From NCBI GenBank assembly GCA_000004695.1, contig CM000153.2:800001-864000 (forward strand): a stretch of 64,000 bases of DNA, read 5' to 3'. Shown here in pieces: positions 52,341-64,000 of this stretch. This DNA comes from Dictyostelium discoideum (Eukaryota). The translations under genes and the position numbers were made by a program. A model generated the notes under the pieces. It searched no databases. It was not told the origin of the DNA and worked only from the letters and a program-made list of their open reading frames with translations. Each line of letters starts with the position of its first letter. Within the stretch, counting starts at the first letter, position 1.

Positions 52341-54023
52341 ATTACAAATTTGAGAGGGAATGAATTAATACATTAAATTACAATTTTTTATTTATTTATT
52401 TTTTTTTTTTTTTTTACAATTTATTTTTTTTAATTTGGAAAATCGTCATTATAGTTAGTTATTTTAATTAATTTTTTATTATTTTTTATTATTTTTTTGT
52501 TATTACTATTTTTTTAAAATAATTTTGTGATAATGATGATTTTATGTTTATATATTAAAATTTTAATTTTGTGTCATAAAATATCTTTTGATCTGTTGTG
52601 TCACCATTTTTTGTGGGATTTTTTTTAGTGTGTGGGAAGTACATGAAATTTAAACATTGCCTAAAAAAAAAAAATAAAAAAAAAATAATAATCCAACTTA
52701 TAAAAAAAAAACTTTTCAATCGACTTTATTTAATTCAATGAAAAAAAAGTTCAATTGGTTAAAACAAATAAAATCATATTGTCGTTATGATTCTATTTTT
52801 TTACCTTACCTTCTCTTAATTTTGAGAATTAATAAAAAAAGAAAAAAAAATTTTAATCTGTTTTAATTAATAAAAAAATAAAAAAAAAAAAAAAAAAACA
52901 TTAAAAAATAAAAATAAAATAAAATAAAATAAAAAAAAAAAAAATAAATTAAAATTAAAAAATAAAAAAAAAAAAAAAAAAAAACAATGAGAATCTCATG
53001 CGATTACAATTGTTTAATTTAAAGGAAATTAAGAAAAATATGTCGAAATCTCATTTCCTTTTAAACTTGGAAAGTACAAAAAAAAAAAAAAATAAAAAAA
53101 AAAATTAAAATAAAAAAAAAAAAAAAAAAGATATTTTTTTGATTGATTAGATAAATTAATAAATTATTTTGGATTTTATTATTTTTTTTTATTTTATATT
53201 TATTTTATTTTTATTTTTATTTTTATTTTATTTTTTTCAATACAAATAAAATATAATATTTCAAGTATTCTATTAAAATTACAATAAAATGAATATTCAC
53301 ATAAATATTCTTTAATTATTTGAAAAGTAAATAAAATAACGTTAAAAAAAAAAAATCTATTTAAATTCAAAATTAAAAAGTTTTTTTTTCAACTTCCAAG
53401 CAAAGAATAATCGAGTATTTTATTACTTAATTAAAAAAAAAAAATAAAAAAAAATAATAATAATAAAAATAATGGTTAAAATAATAAACAAAATAATAGA
53501 AAACTTTAATAATAAAGCCAAATTGAATATGGTTTTATTATTTTAATTAAAATAAAAAAAAAAATAACCAATTAAATTTTTTTTTTTTTTTTAATATTAG
53601 AAATAATAGAAATATTAAAATCAAATTTACAATTGTAAATTTTATTTTTATTATTTCTATTATTATTCAAAAATTAAGTTGATTTGATTGATTTTAATTA
53701 ATAAGAATTGGTAAATATTATTTTCTTTTTTTTTTTTTTTTTTCCGAATAATATTTGAAATTTCGACCAATTTTTTTTTTAACATTTTGCTCTAATTAAA
53801 ATCTTATAAGAATTTTTACCAACACCTATTATGGAGGTAATATTAAAAAACTTTATTTTTTTATTTTTTTATTTTTTTGATTGAAGTGTTTATTTCCATT
53901 TTTGAAATTTTTGTTAAAAAGTTATTTGATTTTAAAATTAATATATTTCGTGTGGGCTATATTTTTTTTTTTTTTTTATTTTTTTTTTTTTTATTTTATT
54001 TTGTTTTATTTTTTTTTTTTTCG

Positions 54024-54062
<39 letters not shown>

Positions 54063-54107
54063 TTTTCATTTTTTCATTCACATCACTAAACACATCAATC
54101 AAATAAA

Positions 54108-54233
54108 ATGTTAGGTCGTTTAATTAAAGATACCACTCAATTTGTCAAATCCTCAACCAAATTTGGTATTGTTTGGGGTCCAAAACTTGCCCCATGGGGT
54201 ATCACTTTAGGTAAGAGAGCTTCATCAATGATT

Positions 54234-54265
<32 letters not shown>

Positions 54266-54499
54266 GTCAAATGACACAGCGCAGATAGCAGAAATGAATA
54301 TTTGATTTTAAAATTTATTTAATTTATATTTTTATTTTTATTTAAATTGGAAATTTTCATTTTATTATTAGGGCTCGGGGCTTTTTACTTTTTCCAACCA
54401 AAATTTTTATTCAAACCCCTTCCAATCATTGGTAGCAACTATCTCACTCAAAAAGATCTCGATAAAATGAAAAAAGAAGCTGCTGAAAACAGTCAATAA
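54108..54499 (+). CDS. Small (77 aa) single-pass membrane protein, 2 exons. It is possibly a cytochrome bc1 complex subunit 10 (QCR10/UQCR11)-like mitochondrial protein
   Basis: Exon 1 is 54108-54210 (MLGRLIKDTTQFVKSSTKFGIVWGPKLAPWGITLG, donor GTAAGA). Exon 2 is 54372-54499 (GLGAFYFFQPKFLFKPLPIIGSNYLTQKDLDKMKKEAAENSQ*). It loosely resembles yeast QCR10 (...[22 protein letters not shown]...). Confidence 0.4.
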
Positions 54500-54635
54500 A
54501 TTTATTATAGCATAAATAAATAAAAAAAAAGAAAAAAAAAAAAAAGAAATAAAAGATTCATATTATGGATGTAATAATAAAAGAAAAAAAAAAAAAAAAA
54601 AAAAGTAGAAAAATAAATTAAAAAGGTAGGTAATA

Positions 54636-54640
<5 letters not shown>

Positions 54641-54729
<89 letters not shown>
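54641..54729. repeat. (ATT)n microsatellite, about 29 units, intergenic
   Basis: A perfect attattatt... run of about 89 nt. Confidence 0.9.
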
Positions 54730-54730
<1 letters not shown>

Positions 54731-54935
54731 AACATTGGTTTATTTTAAAATTTTTTATCTAACATTTAGCATATAACACTTATATATAGGTTTTTTTTTC
54801 TTGGTTTATAAACAAATAAAATTAACAAAATAAAAATAAAAAAATATTAAATATATATAAAAAAAATTCATTTCATGAATCAATATTCATATTGATATTA
54901 AAGTTTATTTCTTTATTGAATTCATTTGGAAATTA

Positions 54936-54966
<31 letters not shown>

Positions 54967-55358
54967 TTATAATAATAATAATAATAATAGTTGGTGGTAG
55001 TATAGCACAAGCAAGAAAATATTTTACTTGTCATTTTTTATATTTTGTTTTTTTATTATTATTTTTATTATTATTTATCATCATTCATCTCACCATTTTG
55101 TTTTATTCTCAACCTACAAATAAAAAAAATAAATAAAAAATAAAAAATACACACTTTTTTTTATACCCACAAATTGATATAATTTAATTTAATTTTTATT
55201 TATTATTATTTTTTTTTTTTTTGTGTTTATTTGAAATTCACACCTAACACTTGTGAATTTACATTTTCATTTTTTTTTTTTTCTATTCATTTTTTTTTTT
55301 TTTATTTATATAATTTTTTTTATTTTATATCATTTTGCAATAGTGTAAACTTTTAGTA

Positions 55359-56264
55359 ATGACCAAACCAACCTTGACATACGTAAATATATTAATTTTT
55401 TTATTCTTTTAATTTTAAATTATAAAATTAATTATTTTTTTTATTTTTTTTTATTTTTTAACTTTTTTAAGTTTCCAGTTCGTGGAAGAGTTCAATTTCC
55501 AAGATGTTTATTAGAATACCTTGGTGAAGAATATAATTTTAACGAGGTTAAAACTATATCTGATGATTTAAGAAAACAATTATTGTTTAAACAACTACCA
55601 CTTTATCAAGAAGGAGATTTCAAAATCGTTCAAACTCCTGCAATAATTGATTACATTTCAGAGAAACATGATTTTCGTGGTAAAACCAAGTAAGTTTTTT
55701 TTTTAAATATATTTTTTATATTCTTTTATTTTTGTAGAGTTTTCTTTATTAATTTCAATTTTTTAATTTTAAATCTTTCACAATTTTATTTAATATTTTT
55801 TAGAGAAGAAAGAGCAAGAGCTCATCAATGTTTAGCAGGTATAATGGAAGTTTTGGACCATTGTTTGGGATATTCATTTAAAGTAGATTCTTTATATTTT
55901 TTATTTTTTTTATTTTTTTAAAAACATATTAATCACCAACTATTAATTAATCTTTTTTTTATTTTTTTATTTTATTTTTTAACAATAGATGGATAAACAA
56001 CAACAAGAAAAATTCAGAAATGAAAGTCCAATAAAGAAATTTTTTGAAGGTTTTGAAATGGTACTTTCTCAAAATAAATATTTGGCATCTGGTGAAAAAG
56101 AAACTTATGTTGATCTTATGGCATTTGTAATGGTTGACTATGTCACTAATTTGGGTCTTATGCCAAGTGGTGATTATCCTAAACTAATCTCTTTGAAAAA
56201 ACATTATGAATCATCACCACAACTTAAAAAATATTTGGAATCAAGACCACAATCTAATTTCTAG
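55359..56264 (+). CDS. Glutathione S-transferase (sigma/alpha class-like), 4 exons, 199 aa
   Basis: Exons are 55359-55382 (MTKPTLTY, donor GTAAAT), 55472-55689 (FPVRGRVQFPRCLLEYLGEEYNF...LPLYQEGDFKIVQTPAIIDYISEKHDFRGKT, donor GTAAGT), 55804-55882 (KEERARAHQCLAGIMEVLDHCLGYSFK) and 55989-56264 (MDKQQQEKF...YLASGEKETYVDLMAF...LESRPQSNF*). The N-terminal KLTYF-x-RGR motif is of sigma-class (PGDS-like) GSTs. Confidence 0.8.
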
Positions 56265-56409
56265 AATATTCCTCAATTTTTTATTAATTTTTAATTTTAA
56301 TTATTAAATAAAAAAAGAATAAAATAAAACTAAATAGCATTCAATGATGATGATAATAATAAAATTTATACATATATATATATAAATAATTTATTTATTA
56401 ATATATAAT

Positions 56410-59400
56410 TTATTTATTAATAATTTTTTTATTTAATTTTATAAGTTTCATTAATGGATGATTTGAATGAACTCTCTTCATATAAATAAGTGTTGAAATT
56501 GTTACTATTGCTGAAATACAAATTACAGGAATTACAACAGCAACTGGAATTAACCATTTTCGATTTGAGTTTTCATTATTACATTCAGATTTGAAATCAG
56601 GTGAAACGATTAATGAGAAATCAGGATCAATTATACATTCACTTTTACAATGTGGTAAATTTAAAGAAACTGTAATTGAATTTGAATTATTTGTAATACT
56701 AGTAGAAAAGAATGTTGCTCTACCATCTGATACAACTTTATTAATGAACCTTCCTTCTAAAATTTTATTATTTTTTGAAATTTTAATATAATTAAAATTT
56801 GATAAATCATTTAAATTATTTGTATCAATTTCAATAGATTTTGAATTACATTCATTATCAGTATCATAATTATTATCATCGTCATTAATAGTTGTTATTG
56901 CTGATTGATCAACTATTGATATTAAATCTAATTGTAATGTATTTAAATTACTTTGAAATGAATAATTATAAATTGAAATTGTAAATTTAATTGAACCTTG
57001 ATTTAATTTAAATGAAGTTCCTGCGAATCTATATTCTTTTCCATCTGGATTCACAACTTCTTCAATTAATGATATTATCGTTGTTGACTTATTTTCAATT
57101 AATTTTTGACTAAATTTATATTGATTAGTTAAATCTGTTGAATTTAAATCCCAATTATTTTGTAATTGGTATTCTTTAATTATTCTACCTTGATAATTAA
57201 TTTCTTTTAAAGTTTTTAAATAAATTTGAAATTTAACATCTTGGTTAATAATATTTGTACCACCTGAATTTGAATCAATTTCATTATTAGTTGGTGGGTT
57301 ATTATTATTATCATTAAATACAATACTGCAATCAAATGAAGTCCAACCTGAATTACATTGACATTCACCATTAGATTTACAAATTCCATTACCTGAGCAA
57401 TTATTAATTTTACCTGGACATTCAACAAATTTATTTTCATAATTGTAAATAGCATTCAATGGTGATAAACTATTGATGATTAGAGTTAATTTTTTAATAC
57501 CAATACCTGGAGGTGAAATAAATATAATTTCATCATTTGAATAGTTAACACCTTTGCAAAGTGTACCATCGATTAAAACTGAATAATTAAAATTAAAAAA
57601 ACCAAATGAACCGAAAATAGTTGATATACCACCATCAGTTGTTGAAGGAGTAATTGATGATATGAATGGGTTTAGTTGGAAACATGAGCCATCAAATTTT
57701 AAATCTAAGCATAAACATCCTGAATAGTATTTCCCATTTTCACAAAAACAACTCCCACTACTTTTATCACAAATATCGAAATTACCATTACAATTTGAAC
57801 ATGTTATTTCATTACCACTTTCAATAGTTGAATTTATGTAAAATTTAGTTTGAAATTTGTCAATTCCAATATTAACTAAATTAAGTTTATCTTTATTTAT
57901 AGTTGGTGTTGATGATGGTGATGGTGGAGAACATTTAGTTTCAAAGAAATTTGAACTAATTTGGGTACATTCAAGTCCATCAATTGAAATCACTTGATTC
58001 TTATAACCAACATAACTTGAATAATATAAACCTGAAAATGTAAAAATATTATCATTATTTGAAATCGTTAAATTTGAAACGATTATTGGTTTTTCAATTA
58101 TTGGAAATGTGTATAAAAATTCATGAGGAATTGTAAATAAAATTGAAAAATAATCTAAACCAATATTACTACCAATATTACATGTGTAATCACTTCCAAA
58201 TTTATTAATTTGGTAACTTGAATTCATTGGAATCGAACCATTAAATTTCCAAAGATAAGGATCAAATCCAATATCATCACCAAATACATTTAATGTTGTT
58301 GAATTTATAATTTTAATTTTTGGTCTAAAAGTTGTACATGGGATATTTTTATCATAATTTGTAAATTGGTTACCTGAAAACCCATCATAAATATTTGGAA
58401 TATTCAAATTACCTGTATAATTAAAATAACATTGATAACATGATGGAATATCACTATGTTTTCAATCATATTAATTAATATATATATATTTTATAATAAA
58501 TGATCAAATAAATAAAATAAGATACATACCCATTCATTTTATTATCTTTTATTGATAAAATTGTATTACACCAAGATTTATCAATTGTTCCAGTAATACT
58601 ATTTGAATCGAAAATGTAGTTAATTCCACTACCATCATAAATTGGAAGTTGTAAATCTAGGAATTTATTATCTGAAAATGTTACTTTATTATCATAATCA
58701 CCATATGTAGATAACGAGGGAACTTTTGTTAAATTTGAATTTGTGAATTCAAAAGTAACATTATTATTTATAATAACTGGCAATTCACCATTAAAACTAA
58801 AAACTGAATTACCAATACATTTAATAGCAACACTTTTATAATTTATATTATTTACTAAACTAAATTTAGATAATTGATTAATATTTTCAAATGTTGCTTC
58901 AATTGATATATATTTAATTTTAAAATTTTCAGTTAGGTAAAATGGAACACTTGAAAAATGATATATATTAGCGTATAAAGATGACATTGTTGAAAAATTT
59001 GAAATTGAATTTTTGTCAAATGATTCTACTAAAACTATTTCAACAAATGATTGACTTGAAATATTTGAGAAATCTGGATAATTAGTACCAAATAAACTCA
59101 TTCTATTTGAATTACAATTTGTAAATTCAGTGGGACCTTCAAGATAAAATCCTGTAAATGATACTAATGAAACTTGAAAAATATGACAAAGAAATCCAAT
59201 ATTAAAAACTAAACTTTGTGATGATGTATAAATACTTTAAAAAATTATTAATTATTATTAGTATTAAATTTAATTTTATTTAGTTTTTTTTTTTTTTTTT
59301 AAAAAAAATATTTACAAAGTTTGATAATTTCCTAATTTTTGCATTAACCTGCAATTTGGGCATAAAACATCGAAATATGTTATTCTTTTCCCCTTTTCTA

Positions 59401-59495
59401 TATTATAATTTAATAAGCTTTGAGAAAGAGTGAAATACCAAATAGTCCTTAATAATTAATTAAAATATATATTAAATTGTTAGATTATGGTTTTG

Positions 59496-59530
<35 letters not shown>

Positions 59531-59921
59531 ACAATGTCTCTAAATTTGGAAAACAAGAAATATCTTGATCAGTTAAAACCATAGATGAATTTTTAATAAA
59601 AGTAATTGATACTCTGAAATTTGAAAAAAAAAAAAAAATTATAAAAAATAAAAATAATAATAAATTAGTAAAAACAATAGATAATTGACAAATGGGACTA
59701 TATAAATATATATAAATATATTTTACTTACCCGATAATTGAAGAATCTTGACAAAAGATTATTGAAGAATTTCCACAATAATCATTGTTTGGAAAATAAC
59801 CTTTTAAATTGAATTTCGTAGCTAAATTTTCTGCACAAACCAATTCATTGGATGGTATAGCTGAAATGTATAAATTTGAAATTGTTGATAGAAAAAGTAT
59901 AATTGTTAAAATCTTTTCCAT
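56410..59921 (-). CDS. Large type I membrane glycoprotein with EGF-like Cys modules, 3 exons, ~979 aa. It has a signal peptide, a C-terminal TM helix and a short cytosolic tail
   Basis: Exons are 59731-59921 (MEKILTIILFLSTISNLYISA..., donor GTAAGT), 58530-59234 (IYTSSQSLVFNIGFL...MSLFGTNYPDFSN...SIKDNKMNG, donor GTATGT) and 56410-58453 (DIPSCYQCYFNYTGNLNIPNIYDGF...CSNCNGNFDICDKSSGSCFCENGKYYSGCLC...CSGNGICKSNGECQCNSGWTSFDCS...TM WLIPVAVVIPVICISAIVTISTLIY...KIINK*). There are many N-glycosylation sequons. Confidence 0.6.
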
Positions 59922-60288
59922 TTAATCAATTTATTTATTTTAAAACCCAAAAAAAAAAAAAAAAAAAATTAAAATAAATTAATAAATAAATAAATAAATA
60001 AATAAATAAAGTAATAAATTTAAATTATAGTAAGTAATAAAAAAAAAAAAAAAAAAAAAAAAAATTTAAGCATAAAAAAAAAAATAAAAAATAAAAAAAA
60101 AAAAAGTTTTGATTTAATAATCTTTTACAAACCCTTTTACAAAAAATAAAATGATACTAAAAAATATCAATAGGATATTTTTTTTTTTTTTAAAATATCT
60201 AAAAATAATTTCCACCATTTCTCTTATTTCTCTTATTTCTCTTATTTTTTTTTTTTCGATTAAACATAAATCAAAAAATCTTGTTACC

Positions 60289-60321
<33 letters not shown>

Positions 60322-60798
60322 TTTTACAACATTTCACAAAAATTTCCCAAATTCTTGAATTTTTTTTTTTTTTTTTTACTTTACCAATATATATATCCTT
60401 TTTAAATAGTAATATTAATAAGATTAATTTTAAAAAATATAATCTGTTTTTTTTTTATTGGTTTTTTTTTTTTTTTTTTTTTTTGTCAAAAATAAAATTA
60501 AATTATTACTATTTACATTCAATGAAATTCTATTTTTATTTTTTTTTTTTATTTTATTTAATTAAATTTTAAAATTACTTTAAAATTTCATTTTAATAGT
60601 AAATGTAATTTAAATTATATCAAAATACCATTTAAATTACGTTTTATTTTAAATGTCATTTTAACGCAGGGTTTTCTTTGCTGTGAAATTGATTGATTAA
60701 TAAAATAAAAATAATAATAAAACAAAATAAAAAATAAATTTTTAAAAAATAATAATAATAATAAAATATTAATCCTTTTATAATTTATTTGAATTTAT

Positions 60799-60834
<36 letters not shown>

Positions 60835-61568
60835 ATTTAATTGTATAATTATTTACTATAATATGAAATAAAATGAAACACTTTCACCAACAATTTCCCA
60901 GTTTTGTAGTTTATGATAAAATAAGGAAAATTTTTTTTTTTTTTTTTTGTTGTAGTTTTAGAATCAAATGATTTTATAATAAAAGAATGAAAATGAAATC
61001 AAAAATGAATTTTTTTTTGAAAAGTCAATCATTTTTTTTTTTTTTTTTTATTTTTTTTATTTTTTTTTTTTTTTTATATTTTTTTTATTTTTTTTATTTT
61101 TTTTTTTAAATTTCGAAACCATATATTCGTCATTGCAATTATTTCTATATATTTTTATTTTTATTTATTCTATTATTATTCTACTTATTGTTTAATTTAT
61201 TTGTTTTTATATTTTTGTTTTATTTAACTCATCTCCACCACATCACACACTTTATTTTTTTTTAATTTTTTATTTTTTTTCCTGAACACCACACCTCCAA
61301 AAAAAAAAAAAAAAAAAAAAAAAAACACTTCAAATCACCAATACTTACCACTATCCATACTAATTGGGGGTTCGTGTGGGTTATTGCTATTATTTTTAGG
61401 ATCAACAAAAGTTATTTTTTTATTATCAAATTCAATTTTTAACAGTTTGAAAATTTAATAAATTTCAAATAATTATATTATTATCACATAAAAAAAAATA
61501 AAAAAATAAAAAACAAAATAAAAAAATAAAAAAAAAATAAAAAATAAAAAAAAATACCATTCACTCCA

Positions 61569-61599
<31 letters not shown>

Positions 61600-61956
61600 T
61601 TTTATTTTTTATTTTTTTTTATTATCAACTCCATATATGTATAGTTATATGTGTAAATTTAAACAAATATTTTAAAATACAAATATATAACAAATAGATA
61701 AAATTTTTATCGTTTTTCTTTTTTTTTTTTTCAAATAATTTAATTAAAAAATAATAATAATAATAAAAATAATAAAATAATATTAAGACAATTCAAACTA
61801 AAAATTAATAAAAAATAAAATCATAATATTAATAATAAAATTAAAAAAATAAATTAATTAATTTATTATCTAAACCAAAAAAATAAAAAAAATAAAAATA
61901 ATTTTTATTTTTTTTATTTTTTAAATTAAAAAATAAATAAATAAATAAATTAAAAA

Positions 61957-63369
61957 ATGTCATCATGTTCATCATTGAGTATGGATGATAGAGTTAAGAT
62001 TGGATATGGTAGTATTGCTGGAGCATCACTTTCAATTATTGGTAGTATTGGTACAATTATTTTAATTAAAATACGGAATAAAAAACAAGAAAAAAAATTA
62101 TTAATTCAAAGAAAACAACAATTATCAATAAATAATCTAAATATCAATAGTGGTAGCAGTAGTAATATAATTACAATTTCAAATTCAACAACATCATTAT
62201 CATCAAATAATTTAAATATTCAACCACCTTCTTTTCCTTCTTATTCACCTCTTCCAACTTCAATTTCATTGTCAAATAATAATAATAATAATAAAAATAA
62301 TAATCAAAAAACTAAAGTTTCACATTTTATAATTAATTTATCAATAGCGAATTTATTAGCATCAATTTTCATGATAACAATTAAATTAATGATGATTCAC
62401 TTTAATGATAAATTTATAAAAGTTTTACCATCAACTGCTAATCATAGTTTTAATGCATTAATTTCAGTATGTACAATTGGTAATGGTGTTATTGGTTTCT
62501 CTTTTATTTCAACTTTCTTTTGGACATTAGCAATCTCTATGTACATTTATCAACAATTTCTTTCATCTTCAACAATTAATAGTAATAATAATAATAATAA
62601 TATAAATAATATAAATAATAATAATAATAATAATATAAATAATATAAATAATAGTAAAAATAATAATAGTATAAATAATTTTAATAATTCAAATAAATCA
62701 AATAAAATTATAAAAATGTTATTTTATTTTGTATGTTGGGTGATACCATTTGTATTGGGATCAATATTGGTATCGGGAAGTAGATTAATTGAATTAAATA
62801 GTGATTTACCATGGTGTTCAATCGATTCAAATATTCAATTGATTTCATTTTATTTTCCATTAATTATTTGTTTATTGGCAACTACGTTCTTTACAATATT
62901 AATTAAATATAAATTTTCAAATGATAAATTAGCATGTTCTTCATCATCATTAATAAATTTACAATCTAAAATTATTCAAAGATTAATACTATTCTTAATT
63001 GTTATACTAGTTTGTTGGGTACCAAGTTTAATATCATTCTTTATATCATTCTTTTCAAAAAATTGTAAACAATTCCTTTGGTTAGAAATTATATCATCAA
63101 CAATTCAATCATGTCAAGGTATTCTAAACTTTTTATCATACCTTTCAATTTTTAAAAAATTAAAATTATATTTTAAAAATTTAAAAAAGAAATTTAATAA
63201 TAATAATTCAAATAATTCAAATAATTCAAATAATAATAATTCAAATAATTTTAATGGTGGTGGTATATTTTATTCAAAAGGTAAAAAAGTAAATAATCAA
63301 AATTCAAATAATTTTTATTTTACTTTTTCAACTTTTGATTTTGATAATAATCAAATTCAAGAGAAATAA
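61957..63369 (+). CDS. Seven-transmembrane receptor-like protein (putative GPCR), single exon, 470 aa, with poly-Asn loops
   Basis: Seven hydrophobic helices: IAGASLSIIGSIGTIILIKI; FIINLSIANLLASIFMITI; ALISVCTIGNGVIGFSFISTFFWTLAISMYIY; MLFYFVCWVIPFVLGSILV; QLISFYFPLIICLLATTFFTILIKY; RLILFLIVILVCWVPSLISFFISFF; LWLEIISSTIQSCQGILNFLSYL. The third intracellular loop and the tail are poly-Asn. Confidence 0.55.
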   Translation: MSSCSSLSMDDRVKIGYGSIAGASLSIIGSIGTIILIKIRNKKQEKKLLIQRKQQLSINNLNINSGSSSNIITISNSTTSLSSNNLNIQPPSFPSYSPLPTSISLSNNNNNNKNNNQKTKVSHFIINLSIANLLASIFMITIKLMMIHFNDKFIKVLPSTANHSFNALISVCTIGNGVIGFSFISTFFWTLAISMYIYQQFLSSSTINSNNNNNNINNINNNNNNNINNINNSKNNNSINNFNNSNKSNKIIKMLFYFVCWVIPFVLGSILVSGSRLIELNSDLPWCSIDSNIQLISFYFPLIICLLATTFFTILIKYKFSNDKLACSSSSLINLQSKIIQRLILFLIVILVCWVPSLISFFISFFSKNCKQFLWLEIISSTIQSCQGILNFLSYLSIFKKLKLYFKNLKKKFNNNNSNNSNNSNNNNSNNFNGGGIFYSKGKKVNNQNSNNFYFTFSTFDFDNNQIQEK

Positions 63370-63529
63370 TTTTTTTAATTTTTAAAGTAAATATAAAAAA
63401 AAAATAAAAATAAAAATATAAAAATATTATAAATATTTGTAAATGTAAACTTTTTTTTTTTTTTAATTTTTAATTTTTTTATTTATTTTTTTTTTATTTT
63501 ATTTATTTGTATTAATTTATTTATTTGTG

Positions 63530-64000
63530 TTAATTTTCTTGTTCTTGTTCATCTTCTTCAAATTTTCTTTTTTGAATTGTTTTTGGAATATTTGAATTTG
63601 TTGAATTTGAATAAAGTAAATCTAAAGCACCAGATAATTCTAAAAGTTGAGATTGTTTCTTTTGTTCTTTAATTAAATTAATTTTAATTGAATTCATTGT
63701 TGAAATAATTGATTTATTTTCTTGGAAAATTGATGGATGATAAAATTCTACAATCTTTTCTAATAATAAAATACCACATTGTTGATACTTTATTGTATTT
63801 ACTAATTTATTAACCATTTGTAAAATTGAATCTAATTCTGAAACTTCTCTATTCTTTAAAACAATATCTAATGCATCTCTTCTTGATAATTCACAAACTA
63901 CTTTAAATATAAAATCAATATTTTTATTAAGCTATTTATAAATTTATAATAATTAATAATAATATAATATAATAAAAAAAAGTATTAATAATAAATTTTT
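63530..64000 (-). CDS. 3' part of a gene continuing beyond the window end (last exon 63530-63900; product unknown, helical)
   Basis: The reading frame is open from the acceptor tatttaaag|TAGTTTGTG at about 63900 (phase 1) through VCELSRRDALDIVLKNREVSELDSILQMVNKLVNTIKYQQCGILLLEKIVEFYHPSIF...EEDEQEQEN*. Upstream exons lie outside the window. Confidence 0.4.

Overview
AT-rich (~75-80% A+T) eukaryotic genomic DNA with intron-containing genes. The hallmarks point to a dictyostelid social amoeba (Dictyostelium discoideum-like): poly-Asn/Gln coding microsatellites, short AT-rich GTAAGT...AG introns, AAAATG start contexts and long homopolymer A/T tracts. No rRNA, tRNA, CRISPR or transposon could be supported. 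I can support about 25 protein-coding genes on both strands. Recognisable housekeeping genes: calreticulin (HDEL; crtA), COP9 signalosome subunit 1 (csn1), eIF3 subunit B, a sigma/alpha-class GST, two Ras-family GTPases, an AIF-1/Iba1 homolog, an endosulfine/ARPP-19 homolog, a LAMTOR5/HBXIP-like Ragulator subunit that the ORF track missed because it is split into four short exons, a DmX-like/rabconnectin-3/Rav1 WD40 giant, a second large WD40 protein, a 7TM receptor and an EGF-like type I membrane glycoprotein. The most interesting feature is a head-to-tail tandem array on the minus strand (about 4.0-20.2 kb) of three paralogous ~1150-1310-aa genes plus a 3' pseudogene fragment. Each full copy encodes: N-terminal Cys/His zinc finger + P-loop GTPase with GBP/atlastin-like motifs (GxxxxGKS, DSEG), then a long N/S/P/Q-rich disordered linker, then a RING-like Cys cluster, then a patatin-like phospholipase domain with intact GGGxRG / GTSAG / DGG catalytic motifs. 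The copies are in different states: A intact, B lacks exon 1 through a precise deletion, C has a frameshift near the 3' end, D is a 660-bp remnant. This pattern is typical of fast-evolving immune/effector loci, and I am not aware of a described system with this architecture. Also present: a degenerate LanC-like (lanthionine cyclase-like) pseudogene, apparent frame disruptions at homopolymers in two genes (sequence error versus pseudogenisation), a 10x GLDF peptide-motif array, and (GT)n and (ATT)n microsatellites.
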